From positions 1-30,324 of IMG/VR virus record IMGVR_UViG_3300030328_004930: 30,324 nucleotides of DNA. One strand, written 5' to 3'. Of this stretch, positions 26,345-30,324 are shown piece by piece (position 1 is the first letter of the stretch; every line of letters starts with the position of its first letter). Origin of the DNA: a virus. Lineage: Duplodnaviria > Caudoviricetes. The notes beneath the pieces are model-generated. The model was not told where the DNA came from and did not search any database. It saw only the letters and a program-made list of their open reading frames with translations. The translations under genes and the position numbers were made by a program.

Positions 26345-26581
26345 ATGATGGCTAAAAAAGAAAAAGAAAAGCCGACAGTAAACATATTTGGCAAAGAGTA
26401 TTCACAAGAAGATTTAGATGCTCTGACACCAGAACAAAAGGCATTTTTACAACATAGACAAGACTTAATGAATAAGGTAGAAAGATCATCTTTTAACCTT
26501 ACTCAGCTTAGAATTGGATTAAAGGGTTGTGAAGATGCTTTAAAAGAAACTGGAATGGAAGTTGTTGAGAAAGCTGAATAA
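26345..26581 (+). CDS. Hypothetical short coiled-coil protein
   Basis: AAGGAG RBS; VNIFGKEY...LTPEQK followed by a heptad helix. Confidence 0.7.
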   Translation: MMAKKEKEKPTVNIFGKEYSQEDLDALTPEQKAFLQHRQDLMNKVERSSFNLTQLRIGLKGCEDALKETGMEVVEKAE

Positions 26582-26714
26582 ATATTTAATGATTACCTGG
26601 TTGGGATCTCTATTTATTAGTTGTGATAATAACTTAATAGTAAGTGGGATCCCTATTGGACCATTAGACAGTTCTCAGTTTGTGATCCAGGATTCTTTAG
26701 GTGTAGTAGAATGA
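26565..26714 (+). CDS. 49-aa predicted lipoprotein (not in ORF track)
   Basis: TTG start; MRKLNKYLMITWLGSLFISC has a basic n-region, hydrophobic stretch and lipobox-like FISC; stop overlaps the next ATG (ATGA). Confidence 0.55.
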   Translation: MRKLNKYLMITWLGSLFISCDNNLIVSGIPIGPLDSSQFVIQDSLGVVE

Positions 26715-26815
26715 AAGAAAAATACTGGTCCATAATCCAAAAATTAGGGACCTATTTATTGAATTTAAGTTGGCAAAAGTTGAATCCAATTAATTTTAAA
26801 GGAAAAAGTAAATAA
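26711..26815 (+). CDS. 34-aa amphipathic peptide MKEKYWSIIQKLGTYLLNLSWQKLNPINFKGKSK (not in ORF track)
   Basis: ATGA overlap upstream and TAATG overlap downstream. Confidence 0.5.
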   Translation: MKEKYWSIIQKLGTYLLNLSWQKLNPINFKGKSK

Positions 26816-27138
26816 TGGACACTGGTACTTTAATAGAAGCCTGGGGCGAGTTAGGAGCAATAGGCTGTATCGCCCTCTTTCTAGGTTTTATGATTACTAA
26901 TCTGATTAAATCCCAGGCAGTCCAAAATGAAAGTTTAGATAAAATTGCTGTTGACCAGGCAAAGGCTGAAGAGACTACTTCAAATGTTGAAAGTATCTTA
27001 TTAAAACTTCTCCAAAGATTAGACAAGTCAGATGATAAGCTCGATAGAAAAATAGATACTTTAAGACAAGATCTTTCAAGAATTGATAATGATTTATCAG
27101 AGGTAAAGGGATCCATTTCCAGGATCAGTCCAGGTTAA
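26815..27138 (+). CDS. Membrane-anchored coiled-coil protein (holin- or i-spanin-like)
   Basis: One N-terminal TM segment (LGAIGCIALFLGFMITNLI) followed by a coiled coil; in the lysis region. Confidence 0.5.
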   Translation: MDTGTLIEAWGELGAIGCIALFLGFMITNLIKSQAVQNESLDKIAVDQAKAEETTSNVESILLKLLQRLDKSDDKLDRKIDTLRQDLSRIDNDLSEVKGSISRISPG

Positions 27139-27141
27139 TCA

Positions 27142-27216
27142 ATGGTAATGGTTGCAATATTATTTTTTATGTTAATAGGTGTTTTGTATATGATAGAGGA
27201 AACTAATAAAGCATGA
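27142..27216 (+). CDS. 24-aa hydrophobic peptide MVMVAILFFMLIGVLYMIEETNKA (not in ORF track)
   Basis: Single TM helix; stop overlaps the next ATG (ATGA); weak RBS. Confidence 0.4.
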   Translation: MVMVAILFFMLIGVLYMIEETNKA

Positions 27217-27434
27217 GTGATAGTCATAGAGAGGAGGTGATAAAATATCTAACCAAGTTAAATGAAAGGCAGATTACTATTTTTAATAGAATAGATGCGA
27301 TTGAAAAACACTTGGAAAAACTTAATGGGACCACCATAAATAATAGCCTGGTCATTGAAAGAATTAAGACCTGGGGAAGTGTAGGTTTATTTGTTGTCCC
27401 GGTAATAATTAATATAACACTAAGGAGTTTTTAA
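27213..27434 (+). CDS. Coiled-coil protein with C-terminal TM helix (XhlA/holin-like architecture)
   Basis: GAGG RBS; heptad region followed by WGSVGLFVVPVIINITL. Confidence 0.5.
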   Translation: MSDSHREEVIKYLTKLNERQITIFNRIDAIEKHLEKLNGTTINNSLVIERIKTWGSVGLFVVPVIINITLRSF

Positions 27435-27649
27435 TGAAGAAATTTGCAAAAAAAGTAATTGCTATGTTTACTAAAGAAGTAATGAAGAAAATGCAAAGCG
27501 ATGTTTTTGAACAAACCCTGGCTGAGAAATTAGCCAAATTAACTTCATTACCTGGGATGACAGAAGCTGAAGAAGTCGCATTTTATAAAGATATTGCTGA
27601 TGCTTGTACTGATTCTGTTGCCGAGTTAATGGGAGGAGAAGCAGACTAA
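27434..27649 (+). CDS. Hypothetical protein
   Basis: AAGGAG RBS, TAATG coupling; amphipathic basic N-terminus and acidic C-terminus. Confidence 0.65.
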   Translation: MKKFAKKVIAMFTKEVMKKMQSDVFEQTLAEKLAKLTSLPGMTEAEEVAFYKDIADACTDSVAELMGGEAD

Positions 27650-27651
27650 AT

Positions 27652-27849
27652 ATGACACACTCAATAGTGGTCTTAATAACATTATCTGCCTTAAATGGCG
27701 AACCTTTAAGTGCTAATGATAAGCATTTGGACCAGTATGCACTTATGGAAGATGTAAAAAAGAAAAAGAAAAAAGGCAAAAAGATCGGAGGATCTAAAGG
27801 AAAGAAATCTAAAAAAGGATTTTTTTCTAAGATATTTGGCTCTAAATAA
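27652..27849 (+). CDS. Hypothetical protein with hydrophobic N-terminus and poly-Lys tail
   Basis: GGAGG upstream; KKKKKKGKKIGGSKGKKSKKGFFSKIFGSK C-terminus. Confidence 0.6.
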   Translation: MTHSIVVLITLSALNGEPLSANDKHLDQYALMEDVKKKKKKGKKIGGSKGKKSKKGFFSKIFGSK

Positions 27850-27878
27850 TTTTCGATAACAAACAACAAGGAGAACAA

Positions 27879-28127
27879 ATGGACCAACCCTATGACAACA
27901 GTGGTGTCTTATTTGTCAATGACAGAAAAGAAAAAGAGAACCAACCAGATTATACTGGTAATATAACAATGGATGGGAAAAAAATGCGATTAGCAGGGTG
28001 GAAAAAGACTGCAAAAGCTGATCCATCTAAACAGTTCTTATCTATATCGGTTTCTGAGTTTCAAAAAAAAGAAGAAACAGCAGGACCAATAATCGATAAT
28101 GATGATGATGGAGAATTACCATTCTAA
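27879..28127 (+). CDS. DUF736-like putative ssDNA-binding protein
   Basis: GVLFVN..KE.ENQPDYTG...LAGWKK...FLSISV core with SSB-type acidic tail DDDGELPF; AAGGAG RBS. Confidence 0.65.
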   Translation: MDQPYDNSGVLFVNDRKEKENQPDYTGNITMDGKKMRLAGWKKTAKADPSKQFLSISVSEFQKKEETAGPIIDNDDDGELPF

Positions 28128-28606
28128 TGGATTTTGATGAAATCATAGAAAGAGTAATTGAATCAGAAGGTGGGGCGAAGGTAACCCAGGATCAGACTGA
28201 TCCTGGGGGGACCACTAAATATGGTATAAGTCAAAGAGCATACCCTGGTGAGGACATTGAAAACCTTACCAGGGAATGGGCTGAAGAATTATATTATAAT
28301 GATTACTGGGTTCCATCAAGAGCTCATGAGGTTCCAAATACTATAAAAGAAATTTATTTTGACATGGTAGTTAATTTTGGATTAAGATCGGCTATTAAAG
28401 TGCTTCAAAGAGCTTGTAATGGAAAGAATAAAAATAAAATAGATGTAGATGGATATATAGGTCCGGCTACTTTAAAGGCTTGTAAAAACTTGGAGCCAGA
28501 TAGATTAAGAGCTTATAGGGTTTTAAAGTTTGCAGGAATAGTTAATAAGAAGCCTACTCAAGAAAAATATTGGTATGGTTGGTATAAAAGAGCATTGAGG
28601 GTGTGA
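28127..28606 (+). CDS. Endolysin, glycoside hydrolase family 108
   Basis: EGG...DPGGTTKYGI catalytic motif, YYNDYW, FDMVVNFG, VDGYIGPAT, and C-terminal GW..R peptidoglycan-binding segment. Confidence 0.92.
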   Translation: MDFDEIIERVIESEGGAKVTQDQTDPGGTTKYGISQRAYPGEDIENLTREWAEELYYNDYWVPSRAHEVPNTIKEIYFDMVVNFGLRSAIKVLQRACNGKNKNKIDVDGYIGPATLKACKNLEPDRLRAYRVLKFAGIVNKKPTQEKYWYGWYKRALRV

Positions 28607-28623
28607 CATTTAAAATGACACAC
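28601..28623. repeat. Putative integrase arm-type sites, left arm
   Basis: TGTGACATT (28602-28610) is the reverse complement of AATGTCACA; AATGACACA (28614-28622) is a 1-mismatch copy. Confidence 0.6.
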
Positions 28624-28652
28624 TAAGCTGTAAGTCTAACAATACTAATACT

Positions 28653-28703
28653 AGCGTATACCTCCGGAGTATAAGGTCGGGGGTTCGAATCCCTCCGGGC
28701 ACA
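28653..28703 (+). other. attP core: 3' portion of tRNA-Arg(CCG)
   Basis: Anticodon arm TATAC-CTCCGGA-GTATA (28657-28673), variable loop AGGTC, T arm GGGGG-TTCGAAT-CCCTC, acceptor 3' strand CGGGCAC-A; no 5' acceptor strand upstream; next to integrase. Confidence 0.88.
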
Positions 28704-28711
28704 CTCTCGAC

Positions 28712-28738
28712 AAAACCTACTTTTCAGTGGGTTTTTTT
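28712..28738 (+). terminator. Intrinsic terminator, probably bidirectional
   Basis: AAAACCTACT-TTTC-AGTGGGTTTTTTT; stem with one G-U pair followed by T7, A-tract on the 5' side; lies between convergent genes. Confidence 0.8.
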
Positions 28739-28790
28739 GTTTATTTTATATTCATTTTAACTACAATAGGACCCTCTAAGCAGGATTAAG

Positions 28791-28811
28791 AATGTCACAA
28801 AAATGTCACAA
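28791..28811. repeat. Putative integrase arm-type sites, right arm
   Basis: Tandem direct repeat AATGTCACAA at 28791-28800 and 28802-28811. Confidence 0.65.
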
Positions 28812-28862
28812 TATAAAAAGGTATTCCCATAGGTTGCCAAAGGGTTCCCTGCAAATATTAAT

Positions 28863-29915
28863 TTAGACATTTTCGGTATAGTATTTGCTATGAAATTGTC
28901 CTAGTAGGTTTATAATGGGACCTAATCTTTTTACATTAACTTTAACATATTGTGCTGTGACATCATCTGCTTTATGACCTAATAAGCATTTAGTTTCCCA
29001 TCTGGTCGCTCCAAGCTCTTCCAGGTGAGATGCAAAAGAATGTCTAAAAGTATGTAGGTTGCCATGAAATAACTGACAATGCCTTATCTCTTCATTCATT
29101 TTTTCAATATTTAGGTTTTTAGTATAAGGGTGAAAAGTAGTATGGATTATCCTTTTTAATCTTTCTCGAGATCTTCCAAGACTTCCAGGGTTAATTAAAT
29201 TAAAAAAATCCAGAGTCTTTAAACTTTCATGAATTGGTATAACAACTTTTCTTTCTGTCTTATCTTGGTTTAATTCAATAAACTCACCATTAATATTGTC
29301 AATTTGAAGAGTACAAGCATCGACAGCCCTTAAACCGGTCTTATATAACAGATTCCAAAAAATGCGATCTTTCTCTAGCTCTACTTTATTAAACACAGCT
29401 TTAATCTCATCTTTATTAAATGCTCTATTAGGATTTACCTTTGTTATTTTAGGCTTAATTAAACCATGTAAGGGGTTTTGTATTAAGTACCCCATAATAC
29501 TCATCCAGTCAAACCAATTTCCTAAAAGTTTGTGATCTACACTAAGGGTCCTGGGCGAAGCTCCTAATGTTTTACGCTTGTGAAGATATTCAGTCATAAA
29601 TAATGGAGTGAGATGTTTATTAGTAATATGATCTCCACTTATTTTTAAAAACATATTAAGGCAAGATTTAATACCCTTACTATATCTTACGCTTTTATTT
29701 GCTTCAATTTGATCTATGTATAATCTATAAGGTTTTTGAATATTAATAGTTTGAACTGATATTCCGGCTTTCCGAAGGGCAAGTTCATCATCAAACTTTT
29801 CCTGGATCCTTTCAGCAACCTTTCTATTTTTAGTCCCTAGAGGTTTTCTTACTCGATCTGGAGGAGTCCCGAGGGTGTACCACCACCAACCATTTCTTTT
29901 ATAAAGTTTACTCAC
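28863..29915 (-). CDS. int: Tyrosine recombinase / phage integrase
   Basis: Catalytic R (TGLR), K (QDKT), HxxR (HTFRHSFA), LLGH and Y (TAQY); N-terminal arm-binding-like segment (LYKRNGWWWY...LGTKN); GTG start. Confidence 0.95.
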   Translation of the reverse strand: MSKLYKRNGWWWYTLGTPPDRVRKPLGTKNRKVAERIQEKFDDELALRKAGISVQTINIQKPYRLYIDQIEANKSVRYSKGIKSCLNMFLKISGDHITNKHLTPLFMTEYLHKRKTLGASPRTLSVDHKLLGNWFDWMSIMGYLIQNPLHGLIKPKITKVNPNRAFNKDEIKAVFNKVELEKDRIFWNLLYKTGLRAVDACTLQIDNINGEFIELNQDKTERKVVIPIHESLKTLDFFNLINPGSLGRSRERLKRIIHTTFHPYTKNLNIEKMNEEIRHCQLFHGNLHTFRHSFASHLEELGATRWETKCLLGHKADDVTAQYVKVNVKRLGPIINLLGQFHSKYYTENV

Positions 29916-30324
29916 TCACAAGAAATTTTACTTTAGCAACCACTTTCAAATCTGACCATTCTACTTTATTGTAGCTAATTGCTCCTATATTTGTGCCATT
30001 TTTGTGTTTGTAGATAATTGGCTGTGGAATGTAATGATTGCCTACTGCTGATTTCATTGCATCAAATATAATTGGAAGTATACCAATCTGTTTATGAATC
30101 GCTTTTTGAGTTTCAGCGTTAATAATAATTTCGATAGGGTGATTTTTCATTCTCAGATGTTTTTTACCTATGTCCCAAAAAGATTCTATTTCTCTTGATG
30201 AATACCCTAATGTTTTAGCTTGTTTATCTAAATCAGTAACAGACTCGATGGTCATCCCGAATCTAAATCCCTCTCGATACAAAGTCACATTGCAAATAAA
30301 ATCATATTCTAATGCTTCCCAGTG
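29908..30324 (-). CDS. Hypothetical protein, 5'-truncated by window edge
   Basis: The frame of the tracked ORF (29908..30288) stays open to position 30324 (HWEALEYDFICN before the GTG); its end overlaps the integrase start. Confidence 0.6.
   Translation of the reverse strand, partial: HWEALEYDFICNVTLYREGFRFGMTIESVTDLDKQAKTLGYSSREIESFWDIGKKHLRMKNHPIEIIINAETQKAIHKQIGILPIIFDAMKSAVGNHYIPQPIIYKHKNGTNIGAISYNKVEWSDLKVVAKVKFLVSE

Larger units (their letters stand above)
1..30324. mobile_element. Temperate podovirus-like phage genome segment (late operon, attP, integrase), apparently in non-integrated form
   Basis: Gene order terminase-portal-scaffold-capsid-adaptor-nozzle-ejection proteins-fibre-lysis with tight TAATG/ATGA coupling; no tape measure, tube or sheath gene recognised; phage genes flank both sides of the tRNA fragment; no host genes seen. 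Confidence 0.95.

Noticed and set aside
1295-27887. Minus-strand and alternate-frame ORFs in the track (e.g. 2533-2829, 4265-4582, 5396-5737, 14653-15042, 19647-20090, 27471-27887)
   Set aside because: They overlap well-supported + strand genes almost entirely and show no recognisable motifs; treated as shadow ORFs.
28630-28703. Complete phage-encoded tRNA-Arg gene
   Set aside because: No GTGCCCG 5' acceptor strand or full D-arm upstream; it is a 3' fragment consistent with attP.
1-30324. Stop-codon reassignment or programmed readthrough
   Set aside because: Genes tile densely in the standard code; TAA, TGA and TAG all end genes at sensible boundaries.

Overview
The whole window is one continuous piece of a temperate, short-tailed (podovirus-like) dsDNA phage genome that is AT-rich. 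The + strand late operon runs: terminase large subunit, portal, two basic peptides, a 2OG-Fe(II) oxygenase, scaffold, major capsid protein, head-tail adaptor, a Zn-finger peptide, a 1451-aa tail nozzle, two ejection-type proteins, a 3085-aa polyvalent protein, a head-spike-base homologue, a fibre module and a lysis region ending in a GH108 endolysin. It converges on a tyrosine integrase across an intact attP carrying the 3' part of tRNA-Arg(CCG). Two signals stand out. (1) The 3085-aa protein is divided by a recurring 6-residue linker (PTFRLS, SSYRIS, PTYRIA, PTFRIS, ISFHIA) into four enzyme-like cassettes, including an HhH-GPD glycosylase-like domain and an ART-PolyVal ADP-ribosyltransferase. 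(2) The oligonucleotide signature is extreme: I found no Ala-Ala dipeptide (which requires GCNGC) in any real ORF, several CG tetramers seem absent, and CCWGG and GATC are enriched except in the fibre module, where they vanish. All family assignments come from motif recognition by eye and all counts are manual; no database search was run.
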